Shown here one piece after another: positions 37,691-47,666 of a stretch of DNA of 64,000 nucleotides (positions are counted from its first letter, which is position 1; each line of letters begins with the position of its first letter). The notes beneath the pieces are model-generated. The model saw only the letters and a program-made list of their open reading frames with translations. It had not been told where the DNA came from and ran no database searches. The position numbers were made by a program, and so were the translations under genes. Source of the DNA: an uncultured Acidobacteriaceae bacterium (GTDB taxonomy: Bacteria; Acidobacteriota; Terriglobia; Terriglobales; Acidobacteriaceae); NCBI GenBank assembly GCA_937879855.1, contig CALFMO010000063.1:13996-77995 (forward strand). The letters are read 5' to 3'.

Positions 37691-38955
37691 GCAACGTCCT
37701 CCACTGCCTTCATTTTAGCGGCGGAGACATTACCGGGCGATCCAATGAAGTTCCACAAGAGCGCAGCAATAAAGCTGAAAGCAGCTGCCAAGCACAGGGC
37801 ACTCACCCAACCGAAATGACTTGCGACCCAGGGCGTGAGGATGGGAGCAATAATGCCGCCGATGCCCGCCCCGGTATTCATGGTTCCAGATACGGTGGCC
37901 GAGTATTCCGGAAAAATCTCTACGGCCGTCGCGAAATAGCAGCTGATGGCAAGGTAAACTCCGCCAGCGGCTAAGGAGAGACAAGCTACCGCGAGATATG
38001 CCCAAGGGATAAGGGCGCCGCAGGGAATAAGGATGGCAGCGGTGATTAGACCTCCCATCACAACCCGACGGCGAGCCGAGGCTTTCCCAATTTTAGGAAT
38101 CAGGCGGTCACTCAAAGCGCCGCCGAGGGGAGCTGAGATGGCCATGGTGAGAAAAGGCATGGCGGTAAAAAATGAACTCCGGAGCATGGATATTTTTCGA
38201 ATATCCACCAGATATGGAAAGAACCAGAAATAATAGACGTAGGTGACGTAGCCAAAAAAGAAGATGGAGATGACCAGCATCCAGACTTGGGAATTAGTAA
38301 GTATCAGCCTCCAGGGAGTTTCGGGTTTGGGCTCAACAGATAGTTGGGCGTGCGAGGCGGATGTTGATGGCTCCGGCATTCCTGAATGAAAAGCAAAAGC
38401 CAGCAAGAGTCCAATCGCCGCGGATATGTAAAACGCCGAGCGCCAGCCCAAGTGCACAACGACCCAAGCCACTGCCGGCGGGGTGAATGCCGATCCGGTG
38501 CCGATGCCTGCAAACATCACTCCCGCCGCCAGTGCATGTTCCTGAGGACCGAATGAGTCTCCGATGATGCCGTTCGCACAAGGAAAGGCGCCGGCTTCGC
38601 CGGCGCCAACCATGAAGCGAGTTATCCAGAATGCGGGCAACAGATAGGCAGCGGTCGTGATAAAACCCTTTCCGGCCCATCCGCTCATTGCGGTGAAGAC
38701 CGACCACCAGACGAGGGCGAGTGTAAGCGATTTCTTGTGTCCAAAGTGGTCGCCAATCCATCCCGCCGGAATCTGGAAGACGGTGTAACCAACCACGAAG
38801 GCGCTGAATATCATTCCCATCTGCACACGGCCCAGACCGAACTCGGTCTTGATGGAGGGGCTGGCGATTGAAATGTTCACCCGGTCGAGGTAGGTGACGA
38901 CGCTGAGCAAAAAGAGAAATCCCAACGTGCGTGTGCGCTTCGGCATGCAATTCAC
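37687..38955 (-). CDS. MFS transporter (anionic sugar/sugar-acid type, ACS-like)
   Basis: The 422-aa product has 12 TM-like segments. YLDRVNISIA and GWIGDHFGHKK are MFS motif-A-like. It resembles hexuronate/galactonate-type permeases. Confidence 0.8.
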   Translation of the reverse strand: MNCMPKRTRTLGFLFLLSVVTYLDRVNISIASPSIKTEFGLGRVQMGMIFSAFVVGYTVFQIPAGWIGDHFGHKKSLTLALVWWSVFTAMSGWAGKGFITTAAYLLPAFWITRFMVGAGEAGAFPCANGIIGDSFGPQEHALAAGVMFAGIGTGSAFTPPAVAWVVVHLGWRSAFYISAAIGLLLAFAFHSGMPEPSTSASHAQLSVEPKPETPWRLILTNSQVWMLVISIFFFGYVTYVYYFWFFPYLVDIRKISMLRSSFFTAMPFLTMAISAPLGGALSDRLIPKIGKASARRRVVMGGLITAAILIPCGALIPWAYLAVACLSLAAGGVYLAISCYFATAVEIFPEYSATVSGTMNTGAGIGGIIAPILTPWVASHFGWVSALCLAAAFSFIAALLWNFIGSPGNVSAAKMKAVEDVA

Positions 38956-38980
38956 CTCGACAAATAATTCACGTTTGCGG

Positions 38981-40513
38981 CTACCTGCTCAGAGTGACGA
39001 CTGCAACGGCAAGTCCAGGCAGAGGTACGTGGTCCCTTTGCATCACTGCTTTACGCGGTGGATCGAAACTGGTGGTTTGATCCACGTATTCGACCTGTGC
39101 ATCTTTTCCGTCAGGAAAGGCAATGTCAACAACTCGGTCGCGTTTGTTCACCAGCAGTATCTTCTTTTTTCCATTGCTACTTATAAAGCCTTGCGTGAAG
39201 ACGTAGTCGAGCGAGTTGCGCTCGTCTCCAACTTCCGAAGAAATGAACCTCGATTCCACTAATTTATCGCCAGGTGCGAAGTTCTCCCGCAGCACTTTCA
39301 AAACCCAATAGCGAGCGTTCGGCTTGCCGGTGACCCAGTCGACTAGCGTAGTTCCAGGGTATTGTCCCGGATAGTCGATGAGTTCCGCTTCGTCTATCAC
39401 ATCGATTCCCAACTGCGTCAAACGCGCATAGAGATAGGCGTACAAGCCGCCGCTGAGATTCCAATATGAATTTGGAATTGGCTGCGTCAATTCCGCGGTG
39501 CGCGCATTGGGCAGAATTGTGCCTACTTCGTTCACATGCGTAGCCGTGGTGGGAGACAGCCGTTTGCGGATGCGCTCGATATAGCGAACGACATTGATAA
39601 AATCTTCGGCTTGATCGTACAAGGTATGGGTCATCACCTCGGGACTTTCATCCGCACTCGGTATGGCATAGAAGTGATAGGAAATCACATCCAGTGGGAT
39701 GCCCGGCTCGTGATGCTTGGGATCGAGGAAATATTCAAAGTACTCGGGATGATTTAATGGACCACTCGGGTCCAAAGCCATGCCCACGAACTTCACTCCG
39801 GGAGCAACTTTACGCACCTGTGTGACGATTGCGTCGTAAATGGCGGTGTAATACTCTGGCGACATTTCGTGTTCTACCCCAACCTCGTTCAGTACCTCCC
39901 AGTAATCGAATTTGTAGTGATAATCGGAGGCGTGCCACCTCCCATACTCATCTTTAAACCCGCCGTGCGTGTACCAACCAGCAACCCGCGCCCAATAATC
40001 CGCCACTTCCTTCATGCTGGCATCACGCAACTGCGTGCCCTGTTCATAGTTCCACGCGATCTCGTCGGGATCGATCGGGTATAAGACCGGCTTGTCAGAA
40101 TTGAACATCCACTCCGGAATAGTGCTGATGTTCATGTCCACGGAATGGCCTGAGGTAGCCTCCATGAAGTCCGCAACGACGGGGTCGAGCAACGAGAAAT
40201 CCCACGAGGTCTTTCCATCATGAGGCGGCTCCAACTCGAGCACCGCTAGCCGCGGATAGGGATACCAAGGGGACAATCGGACGTAATCCGTACCAAGTTG
40301 GCGTAGCGCCTGGAACAACTGATCATGAATAGGTTTTGCGCGGCGCATGGGGGGTTCTACGCACACCTCCACCGAAACGGATGTTCGCGACTCTTGAATC
40401 ACATGGGCCCAATTGAACTCGATCCGTGCGGGACTCTGAGAAAAAGCGGAAGGCGTCAGGAGAAGCGTGTTACCGACCAGAGAGAGAAAGAGCGCCGTGG
40501 TGCATTTGGTCAT
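38981..40513 (-). CDS. secreted clan GH-A glycoside hydrolase (GH39-like), paralog of 21973..23484
   Basis: 510-aa ORF with a signal peptide (MTKCTTALFLSLVGNTLLLTPSAFSQ). YWEVLNEVG and SYHFY are present. It aligns end to end with the 503-aa paralog. It is the first gene of a GH39-like/MFS/lactonase operon. Confidence 0.7.
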   Translation of the reverse strand: MTKCTTALFLSLVGNTLLLTPSAFSQSPARIEFNWAHVIQESRTSVSVEVCVEPPMRRAKPIHDQLFQALRQLGTDYVRLSPWYPYPRLAVLELEPPHDGKTSWDFSLLDPVVADFMEATSGHSVDMNISTIPEWMFNSDKPVLYPIDPDEIAWNYEQGTQLRDASMKEVADYWARVAGWYTHGGFKDEYGRWHASDYHYKFDYWEVLNEVGVEHEMSPEYYTAIYDAIVTQVRKVAPGVKFVGMALDPSGPLNHPEYFEYFLDPKHHEPGIPLDVISYHFYAIPSADESPEVMTHTLYDQAEDFINVVRYIERIRKRLSPTTATHVNEVGTILPNARTAELTQPIPNSYWNLSGGLYAYLYARLTQLGIDVIDEAELIDYPGQYPGTTLVDWVTGKPNARYWVLKVLRENFAPGDKLVESRFISSEVGDERNSLDYVFTQGFISSNGKKKILLVNKRDRVVDIAFPDGKDAQVEYVDQTTSFDPPRKAVMQRDHVPLPGLAVAVVTLSR

Positions 40514-40557
40514 TAAGATTAGCGTGCCGGCGGAACACCATATAGTGCAACTTGCGC

Positions 40558-40619
40558 ATACTACAAATTGCCGCTTTCGTTGTCAAGCGTGAAGCCGCAT
40601 GCCGTTTCATATATGAATC
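40558..40619 (-). promoter_or_regulatory. GAAAC/GTTTC element site g plus sigma70-like promoter of the GH39-like/MFS/lactonase operon
   Basis: On the minus strand the element reads GATTCA-tata-TGAAAC (plus-strand GTTTCATATATGAATC, 40604-40619, one mismatch from a perfect palindrome). After 17 nt come TTGACA (40586-40581), a 17-nt spacer and TAGTAT (40563-40558). Confidence 0.5.
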
Positions 40620-40769
40620 AGTTTGTATCGAGAGTCGCGCAGCTGTGACAACTTCACGGGGCCCCGTGGCGGCAGATATTTGCCATAGCGCGATCTCGCA
40701 AGTAAGCCCAAGAAGACACTGCATGAGCCCCAACATGTTTCGCGTCAGCCGGCGCAGGCTGGGTAAAGC

Positions 40770-40831
40770 TGAATCATAATGTAGCGTATTGTGAAACAAG
40801 CATTGACACATCCGCATCGGTTGTCTACTAT
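40770..40831 (+). promoter_or_regulatory. sigma70-like promoter of the SDR/dehydratase genes with a degenerate GAAAC/GTTTC element (site h)
   Basis: The promoter is TTGACA (40803-40808), a 17-nt spacer and TACTAT (40826-40831). Upstream lies TGAATC-ataat-GTAGCG-tattg-TGAAAC (40770-40797). This shares the TGAAxCATAATGT core with sites b and d, but the middle half-site is degenerate. Confidence 0.4.
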
Positions 40832-40883
40832 CTCACGTCAAGTAACTTTGCGTCTTTTGAAGCGATGGACGCGACTATAAGTA

Positions 40884-41651
40884 ATGAAACTCAGCGGACG
40901 AGTTGCAATCGTAACCGGCGGCGGTTCCGGAATAGGGAACGCAACGGTTCGTCTTTTTGCCGAAGAGGGCGCCACGGTGATCGTAGTCGATTGGCACAAG
41001 GATGCGGGAGAAGCGGCGGCGCAGGCGATTGTGAATGCCGGCTTCAAGGCCGAGTTCTGTTATGCCGATGTTTCCAAATCAGCCGATGTCGAAGCAATGG
41101 TCACGAGCACAATCAGCAGGCATGGCCGGCTAGACATTCTTTTCAACAATGCCGCCGTGCAGATTATGTCTAAGCTCGTCGAAACCACGGAAGAGTCCTG
41201 GGATCGGATTCACAGCGTGAATTTAAAAGGCGTTTTCTTGTGCTGCAAGTATGCAATTCCCCGGATCATCGAGTCCGGGGGGGGCGCCGTTGTCAACATG
41301 GCGTCGGTTCTCGGCTTCGTCGGTGATCCCGATCTGGCCGCCTATTGCGCCGCCAAGGGTGGAGTCATTGCGTTGACGAAGGCGGCATCGCTCACCTACG
41401 GTCCCCAAGGTGTACGTGTAAATTGTATCTGTCCAGGAGATGTCGAGACCCCCCTTTTAAAGGAATACTTCGACAAGGACCCCGATCCCAAAAAGCTGCG
41501 CCTTGAAGTTTCTTCAAAATATGCGCTGCGCCGGGTTGCCACTCCTCAAGAGGTCGCCAAGGTGGCTTTGTTTCTGGCCTCGGAGGATTCCTCCTTTGTT
41601 ACGGGCGGCATGCTGGTCGTAGATGGTGGGCTGACGATCAAGTGCTACTGA
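40884..41651 (+). CDS. SDR-family oxidoreductase (classical short-chain dehydrogenase)
   Basis: The cofactor motif is GRVAIVTGGGSGIG. NNAA is present, and the catalytic region is S...YCAAKGG. The product is 255 aa. Confidence 0.85.
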   Translation: MKLSGRVAIVTGGGSGIGNATVRLFAEEGATVIVVDWHKDAGEAAAQAIVNAGFKAEFCYADVSKSADVEAMVTSTISRHGRLDILFNNAAVQIMSKLVETTEESWDRIHSVNLKGVFLCCKYAIPRIIESGGGAVVNMASVLGFVGDPDLAAYCAAKGGVIALTKAASLTYGPQGVRVNCICPGDVETPLLKEYFDKDPDPKKLRLEVSSKYALRRVATPQEVAKVALFLASEDSSFVTGGMLVVDGGLTIKCY

Positions 41652-41773
41652 GCCTTCCTGCAGTGTGCTTTCTCAAGAGATGATGCTGACGATTTGTGTG
41701 GTGGTGGCATTGACGCTGTCTCTTGCTATTTGTAATTGTTCCGCTCAACTCGTACCGAAAGGATCAGGACACG

Positions 41774-42967
41774 ATGAAGATTGTAGATTTCAAGACAACA
41801 ATTGTGACGGTGCCAATGGAGGCACCGCTGCGCTGGAGCCTCGGGGTGGAGACAGGGACCACACGGACGATCATCGAAGTGATGACGGACGATGGCGTTG
41901 TCGGGCTGGGAGAAACCTACGGCGGCGATTCGACGGTCCGGGCGCTGGATTTTCTCCGTCCCATGGTCAAGAATGCGGATCCCTTCCAGATCGAAACAAT
42001 TCTGAAGAAACTCCAGGTTTTCTGTATTTCTTATGAAACATTCGTGCCCCCTCATGCCGTGGCGGCCTTGGAAATGGCTTGCTGGGATATCATGGGAAAG
42101 GTCGTAAATCGCCCCGTATGCGCATTGTTGGGCGGAAAGTTCCGGCAGCATGTTCCATTCGCGGGGTATGTATTTTTCCGTTATCCCTCGCCCGACGGCA
42201 AGAGTGGCGGCGAAGACACGCCGGAAAAGTTACTCGCCTACACCGAAGCTCTGATGGAGAAGTATAAGTTTGCGGTCTTAAAGATAAAAGGCGGAGCACT
42301 GCCCCCGGACCAGGAATTAGAGGCCATACGCCTGATTCGAGATCGTTTTCCAAAAGTGGGGCTGCGGTTCGATCCCAATGCCGCCTGGTCGGTGGGAACG
42401 TCCATTAATAGTCTGCGTAAGATGGGTGAATACGATCTGGAATATGCAGAGGATCCGACCTGGGGTATTGAAGGCATGTCCTTAGTCAGGAAAGATGTCC
42501 CCATTCCTTTCGCAACCAATATGTGCGTCATAAACTTCGATCAGATTCCGCTTGGCGTTCGCACTCGTTGCGTGGATATCATTCTCTCCGACATTCATTA
42601 CTGGGGTGGCCTGGCTAGTAACAAGAAACTCGCGGGCATCTGCGAAACTTTTCAGATTGGCCTGGGCATGCACAGCGATCGTGAACTTGGAGTCTCGACG
42701 GCGGCGCAAATCCATTTGGCGGCGGCGCTGCCATACATGACGTACGCACCGGATTCTCACTATCATCATCAATTGGATGACGTAATCACGCAGCCATTCC
42801 GATATCAGGACGGCGGTTTCAAAGTGCCGGATGGGCCGGGGCTCGGAGTAGATCTGGATCGAGACAAGTTGGCAAAGTATCACCGTTACCACGAAGAAAA
42901 AGGGGAAGCTGGAGAATTTCTAGACCCGTATCGGCCGGATTGGGCGCCCACTTTGCCGTTGTGGTAA
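41774..42967 (+). CDS. enolase-superfamily dehydratase, glucarate-dehydratase (GudD)-like
   Basis: The product starts MKIVDFKTTIVTVPM. It has LKIKGGALPPDQELEAIRLIRDRFPKVGLRFDPNAAWSV and LEYAEDP...FATNMC. These align well with what I recall of E. coli GudD (FKLKGGVL..., ITLDPNGAWS, LAYAEDP, TATNMI). Substrate specificity cannot be inferred. Confidence 0.75.
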   Translation: MKIVDFKTTIVTVPMEAPLRWSLGVETGTTRTIIEVMTDDGVVGLGETYGGDSTVRALDFLRPMVKNADPFQIETILKKLQVFCISYETFVPPHAVAALEMACWDIMGKVVNRPVCALLGGKFRQHVPFAGYVFFRYPSPDGKSGGEDTPEKLLAYTEALMEKYKFAVLKIKGGALPPDQELEAIRLIRDRFPKVGLRFDPNAAWSVGTSINSLRKMGEYDLEYAEDPTWGIEGMSLVRKDVPIPFATNMCVINFDQIPLGVRTRCVDIILSDIHYWGGLASNKKLAGICETFQIGLGMHSDRELGVSTAAQIHLAAALPYMTYAPDSHYHHQLDDVITQPFRYQDGGFKVPDGPGLGVDLDRDKLAKYHRYHEEKGEAGEFLDPYRPDWAPTLPLW

Positions 42968-43005
42968 TTGGGCCGGAGCACGATGTTCGTAGATGATAAA
43001 CCACC

Positions 43006-43831
43006 ATGCGCAACAAATCGAAAGCCAATGTGAGGAGGGCGGGCTTTCTAAAAGTGGTAGAAAAGGTTTTTCGACTGCTGGAAACCCTGGCACAATCGGA
43101 AGCGGGCGTTCGAGTCAGCGATCTTGCGCGAACTCTTAGGCAGCCGAAAGCCTCGGTGTATCGGATACTGCTCACTTTGGAAACTCTAGGATATGTGAGG
43201 CAGGATGCTGACACCCTGGCGTATCAGTGCACCGCGCATGCAGCGTGGTTAACCCCGCAATCAGGCGAACGAGACGTTGCGGAGGATCGCGCTCGCGAAT
43301 GGAACGATTGCTCGCCAGGTTTGAGCAAACTGTAAATTTGGTGATTTTTGACCGGGACCGGATCTTCTATATCGAAATTCTTGAGGGGCTGCGCTCAATC
43401 CGCCTGGCCGCCACTCCGATGACCTATGCGCCACGCACTCGGCTGCAGTGGGAAAGTCGATACTCGCTTTTCTGCATCCGTCCGAGGCGTTGCAGATCTT
43501 GAAAGAACACGCTCTTGAGAAACACACTTCAAAGACTGTGGTATCGGAAAGAATGATTCTAGTGCAACTGGCCCAGGCGCGAGAGCACGGTTACGCGATC
43601 GATGATGAAGAGATTGAAATCGGAGCCCGCTGCATCGCGGCACCCATTTTTGATGGCCATGGCCGGCCCGTGGCGGCACTCAGTATCTCGGGGCCGGTCA
43701 ATTATGTGAGGGCCAGCATGTGTTTGAAAATGGCGAAGTCGCTGAAAGAAGCTAACAGCGGTATTTCCAAGCAATTTGGTTTCGCCGAGAGCAGACGGAA
43801 TGAGTCGAAAGAGGCAGATTTCTGTTTCTAA
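43006..43831 (+). pseudogene. IclR-family transcriptional regulator broken over at least three reading frames
   Basis: The N-terminal wHTH (VEKVFRLLETLAQSEAGVRVSDLARTLRQPKASVYRILLTLETLGYVRQ) is in frame 1 (43006..43335). The effector-domain start (MERLLARFEQTVNLVIFDRDRIFYIEILEGLRSIRLAATP) is in frame 0. The remainder (ATHSAAVGKSILAFL...GYAIDDEEIEIGARCIAAPIF...ALSISGP) is in frame 2 (to 43831). The total of 826 nt is not a multiple of 3. Confidence 0.7.
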
Positions 43832-43852
43832 GACCTTTGAAAGCTATCCCGA

Positions 43853-44908
43853 ATGAAAACCGCGATCATCGATTTGCGAAGCGATACCGTTACCCAGCCC
43901 ACGCTACAGATGCGTCGCGCAATGGCCGAGGCGAAAGTAGGGGATGACGTCTACGGCGAAGATCCCACAGTAAATCAGCTACAGCAGCGTGCGGAACAGG
44001 TATTTGAACGGGAGGCGGCGCTTTTCGTTCCATCCGGAACCATGGCGAACCAAATCGCAATCAATATTTATGCCCGGCCCGGCCAAGAAGTGATTTGCGA
44101 GGAGCGAGCGCACATCTTCAATTCAGAATTGGGCATGATGGGAGCTTTTTCCGGCTGCCTGGCACGACCGGCTCGGGCTGAGGATGGTATTTTGACGTGG
44201 GATCTCATCAGCCAGCAGTTGCGCGGCCGAGGCGCGAAATATGGCAATACCGCGCTGATCGCGCTCGAAAACACCGCCAACTTTGCCGGCGGCGCGATTT
44301 ATGACCTCGAAGTCACGAAAGATATCTGTCGGCACGCGCACAGTGCGGGCATTCCGGTGTTTCTCGACGGTGCTCGAATCTTCAATGCGGCGGAGGGACT
44401 CAGTATTCCAGTCGTTGATCTGACGCGGGACTGCGACTCCTTTATGTTTTCCCTTTCGAAGGGGCTGGGAGCCCCGGTCGGATCTTTGCTCGTTGGCAAC
44501 GCCGATTTTATTCAAGAAGCGCGGCAAGTCCGAAAGATGCTCGGAGGGGCCATGCGCCAAGCCGGAATTCTGGCTGCCGCGGGTCTGGTAGCTTTAGAAC
44601 ATGGTCCAGCGAATCTTGCCGCAGATCATAAGAACGCGAAATTTCTTGCCGATGGGCTTGCCGATAGCTCGTGCGTGCGCGTAGCTTCCGCCAAAGTGGT
44701 AACCAATATTGTTTTGATTGAAACGACAGACTCTCGCATGACAGCCTCGAATCTGGTGAGCAAGTTCGCCGAGCACGGGCTACTTGCCAATGCGATTATG
44801 CCGAATACGGTTCGTCTGGTAACTCACCGCGACGTGAGCCGTGCGGATTGTGAGCGGGCCTTGCAGATAATCCAGCGCGTGCTTTCGGCATCTTCTACAA
44901 CAAATTGA
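43853..44908 (+). CDS. ltaE: low-specificity L-threonine aldolase (PLP-dependent, beta-eliminating lyase family)
   Basis: The N-terminus [32 protein letters not shown] is present. The PLP-lysine context is [13 protein letters not shown]. The product is 351 aa. Confidence 0.85.
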   Translation: MKTAIIDLRSDTVTQPTLQMRRAMAEAKVGDDVYGEDPTVNQLQQRAEQVFEREAALFVPSGTMANQIAINIYARPGQEVICEERAHIFNSELGMMGAFSGCLARPARAEDGILTWDLISQQLRGRGAKYGNTALIALENTANFAGGAIYDLEVTKDICRHAHSAGIPVFLDGARIFNAAEGLSIPVVDLTRDCDSFMFSLSKGLGAPVGSLLVGNADFIQEARQVRKMLGGAMRQAGILAAAGLVALEHGPANLAADHKNAKFLADGLADSSCVRVASAKVVTNIVLIETTDSRMTASNLVSKFAEHGLLANAIMPNTVRLVTHRDVSRADCERALQIIQRVLSASSTTN

Positions 44909-44944
44909 TCGCTCGCGCCGGAGTATTTCGTACGAAGGATATTT

Positions 44945-45952
44945 ATGGTGAAAAAGACCGCACAGAACGAAGGAATGCGACGATCTACGCTTAACAAACA
45001 TAAGCCCGAGTTTCTCGTCGAGATGTTACGGCGGATGCTGCTTATTCGAGCGTTTGAGTCGAGACTGCCCGTGCTATCGACGCAGAGCCTGCTTCGCGGT
45101 TCCAGCCATGCCTGCATCGGCCAGGAAGCGGCCGCGGTCGGCGCCTGCTTCGCGTTACAGCCATCCGATTACGTCACCAGTACGCACCGCGGACACGGCC
45201 ACACTATTGCCAAAGGCGGCACGGTGAAATTCATGATGGCCGAGTTGCTTGGCCGCGCCGACGGATGCTGCCACGGCAAGGGCGGAAGCATGCATATCGC
45301 TGACTTTTCGATTGGTATGTTGGGGGCCAATGGAATTGTAGGAGGTGGAATTGGCATTGCCACAGGCGCGGCACTTTCGTGCGCGATTCGCGACAGCAAG
45401 CAGGTGGTCCTTTGTTTCTTTGGCGAGGGCGCAATCAATCAGGGAATTCTTCTGGAATGCGGAAACATGGCCGCTTTATGGAAGCTCCCGTTAGTGTTTT
45501 TGTGTGAGAACAATCAGTTTTCGATGTCCACTCGGCCCGACGACGTCACTGCAGTTCGGGAGTTGTCTCTTCGTGCTGAAGGAATGGGCATCCCTGGCCG
45601 CACAGTGGACGGGATGGATGTGTTGGCCGTATTTGAAGCGGTATCCGCGGCCGTCGAGCGCGCACGAAGTAGCGCGGGGCCGGCTTTTATCGAGGCCCGG
45701 TGCTACCGCTTTGAGGGTCATTTTCTCGGCGATGGTTTGAAATATCGATCCAAGGACGAACTTGCCCTTTGGCATGCAAAAGATCCAATCTCGAATTGGC
45801 GTAATCGGCTGATTAAGGGCGGCATTATCAGCGAGAATGACGCCGCCACTCTGGCTCAACAAACCCAAGACGAGTTAGATCAAGCCGTGGAGTTTGCGAA
45901 ATCCAGCCCTGCTCCCGATCCTGCGGCCGTATGGGAAGACTTGTATGCCTGA
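44945..45952 (+). CDS. thiamine-diphosphate-dependent 2-oxoacid/acetoin dehydrogenase E1 alpha subunit
   Basis: LRRMLLIRAFE, YVTSTHRGHGHTIAKG, GSMH and GGGIGIATGAAL are present. The TPP-binding motif GEGAINQG...N (GDG-type) is also present. The product is 335 aa. Confidence 0.85.
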   Translation: MVKKTAQNEGMRRSTLNKHKPEFLVEMLRRMLLIRAFESRLPVLSTQSLLRGSSHACIGQEAAAVGACFALQPSDYVTSTHRGHGHTIAKGGTVKFMMAELLGRADGCCHGKGGSMHIADFSIGMLGANGIVGGGIGIATGAALSCAIRDSKQVVLCFFGEGAINQGILLECGNMAALWKLPLVFLCENNQFSMSTRPDDVTAVRELSLRAEGMGIPGRTVDGMDVLAVFEAVSAAVERARSSAGPAFIEARCYRFEGHFLGDGLKYRSKDELALWHAKDPISNWRNRLIKGGIISENDAATLAQQTQDELDQAVEFAKSSPAPDPAAVWEDLYA

Positions 45953-46946
45953 CGAGAGGCTCATTACATATTCAAACGCGCTGAATGAAGCACTCCGCGA
46001 AGAGATGGTGCGAGATAAGAGTGTCTTTGTCCTAGGCGAAGAAATCGGTGTTTGGGGCGACGGCGGCGGTGTGTTTGGCGTGACCAAAGGCTTGGCCAAG
46101 GAGTTTGGTCGGTCCAGGGTGAGAGATAGTCCGATTTCCGAGGAAGGAATTGTTGCTGTCGGCGTGGGTGCCGCCGCAACCGGAATGCGGCCGGTTGTGG
46201 AGTTGATGTACGGCGACTTCTTGCCGTTGGCCATGGAACCGCTGGTCAATCAGGCGGCCAAGATGCGATATATGTTCGGCGGCCAGGCACAGGTTCCAAT
46301 GGTGCTGCGTTCGAATGTGGGCGCTGGCGGAGGCAAGGCGGCTCAGCATTCCCAGTCGCTTGAGACCTGGATTATGCACGTACCGGGCATCAAGCTGGCT
46401 ATGCCAAGTAGCCCTTACGATGCGAAAGGACTACTGAAGACGGCCATCCGCGATAACAATCCGGTTGTCTTTCTCGAGCACAAGCTCCTTTACTTTACGA
46501 AAGAGGTTGTGCCGCGGGAGGACTACACTGTTCCCTTCGGCGTTGCCCGCATTCGCCGCCCGGGCAAAGACGTCACAGTAGTGGCTATGCAGGCTATGCT
46601 AAACAAGGCGTTGTTGGCGGCGGAGAAGTTGGCGCAGGAAGGGATTGAGGTCGAGGTAATCGACCCGAGGACGCTGGTGCCGCTGGATATCGAAAGCATC
46701 GTTGAATCCGTACGGCGCACGAACCGGCTAGTCATTTGTCACGAGGCGGTGGAGCGCGCGGGCTGGGCGGGAGAAGTTGCCATGCAGGTCATCGAGCATG
46801 CCTTTGATTTTCTCGATGCGCCGATTGTGCGAGTCTGCGGAAAGAATGTTCCCATGCCTTATAGCGCCAGCCTGGAAAACATGGTGATACCGAATGAGGA
46901 AGACCTCGTTTCCGCTATCCGGCAAATGATTGCCGCTTCGCGCTGA
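45945..46946 (+). CDS. 2-oxoacid/acetoin dehydrogenase E1 beta subunit
   Basis: The start ATG 45945 overlaps the alpha-subunit stop (ATGCCTGA). ITYSNALNEALREEM..D..VFVLGEEIG, DSPISEEGIVAVGVGAAATGMRPVVE and EHK.LY are typical of E1 beta subunits. No E2 or E3 gene follows. Confidence 0.85.
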   Translation: MPDERLITYSNALNEALREEMVRDKSVFVLGEEIGVWGDGGGVFGVTKGLAKEFGRSRVRDSPISEEGIVAVGVGAAATGMRPVVELMYGDFLPLAMEPLVNQAAKMRYMFGGQAQVPMVLRSNVGAGGGKAAQHSQSLETWIMHVPGIKLAMPSSPYDAKGLLKTAIRDNNPVVFLEHKLLYFTKEVVPREDYTVPFGVARIRRPGKDVTVVAMQAMLNKALLAAEKLAQEGIEVEVIDPRTLVPLDIESIVESVRRTNRLVICHEAVERAGWAGEVAMQVIEHAFDFLDAPIVRVCGKNVPMPYSASLENMVIPNEEDLVSAIRQMIAASR

Positions 46947-46955
46947 AAAAAACTG

Positions 46956-47666
46956 CTAGCCGCGCGCTAGATATGGTTGTTTCACCGGCAGCACAATCGC
47001 TTCCAACATATTCATATGTGCCGGAAGACTTGCCATCAAGATGGCGGCTTCGACTATCTCCGCTACTTCCATGAAGGGTTCGCTGGGCGGGCAGAGCTCT
47101 GGCGAGCCAGGAACCTCCACGCGCACGTTTCCGGGATGAAGGCAAGACGCTGAAATGCCATATTCCCGACCTTCCAAAGCAGTAGTGACGGTTAATCCCC
47201 ACAGCGCACACTTGCTGGCGGAATACGGGGCCGAGTTGGGACGCGGCCGCTGCGCTGAAATGCTCCCAATATTTATGATTCGCCCCGTACCCTGAGGCTT
47301 CATGATGCGCATCGCTTCGCGAGTGCACAGAAATGGGCCCTTCAGATTGGTGGCGATCACCCGATCCCAAGTTTCCACGGAAAGTTGATCAAGTGGTCCG
47401 CCCTCGACCAAGCCTGCGTTATTGACAAGAATATCAAGTCGGTGGAAGGCTTCCAGAGCTTGCTCGAAAAGGCGTGTCACATGCGCTTCAATGGTAACGT
47501 CCGTCTGGACGACCAATGCGGTGCCGCCGGCATCTTTAATTTGTTGAGCCGTTTTCTGTAGAAGATCGAGATTCCGCGCCGCGAGTACGACTTCGGCTCC
47601 CTCGCGAGCGAGACCACATGCAATGCCTTTGCCGATTCCGCTGCTGGCGCCTGTCACGAGCGCCAT
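46956..47666 (-). CDS. SDR-family oxidoreductase
   Basis: ALVTGASSGIGKGIA, NNAG and the catalytic S...YSASK are present. The first ATG (47666) falls directly at the beta1 strand. The in-frame upstream codons read LSRLTGK, so the true start may be upstream and non-canonical. Confidence 0.8.
   Translation of the reverse strand: MALVTGASSGIGKGIACGLAREGAEVVLAARNLDLLQKTAQQIKDAGGTALVVQTDVTIEAHVTRLFEQALEAFHRLDILVNNAGLVEGGPLDQLSVETWDRVIATNLKGPFLCTREAMRIMKPQGTGRIINIGSISAQRPRPNSAPYSASKCALWGLTVTTALEGREYGISASCLHPGNVRVEVPGSPELCPPSEPFMEVAEIVEAAILMASLPAHMNMLEAIVLPVKQPYLARG

Noticed and set aside
38333-38950. 205-aa minus-strand ORF in an alternative frame
   Set aside because: It is embedded in the MFS transporter gene in another frame, and its product is not membrane-like.
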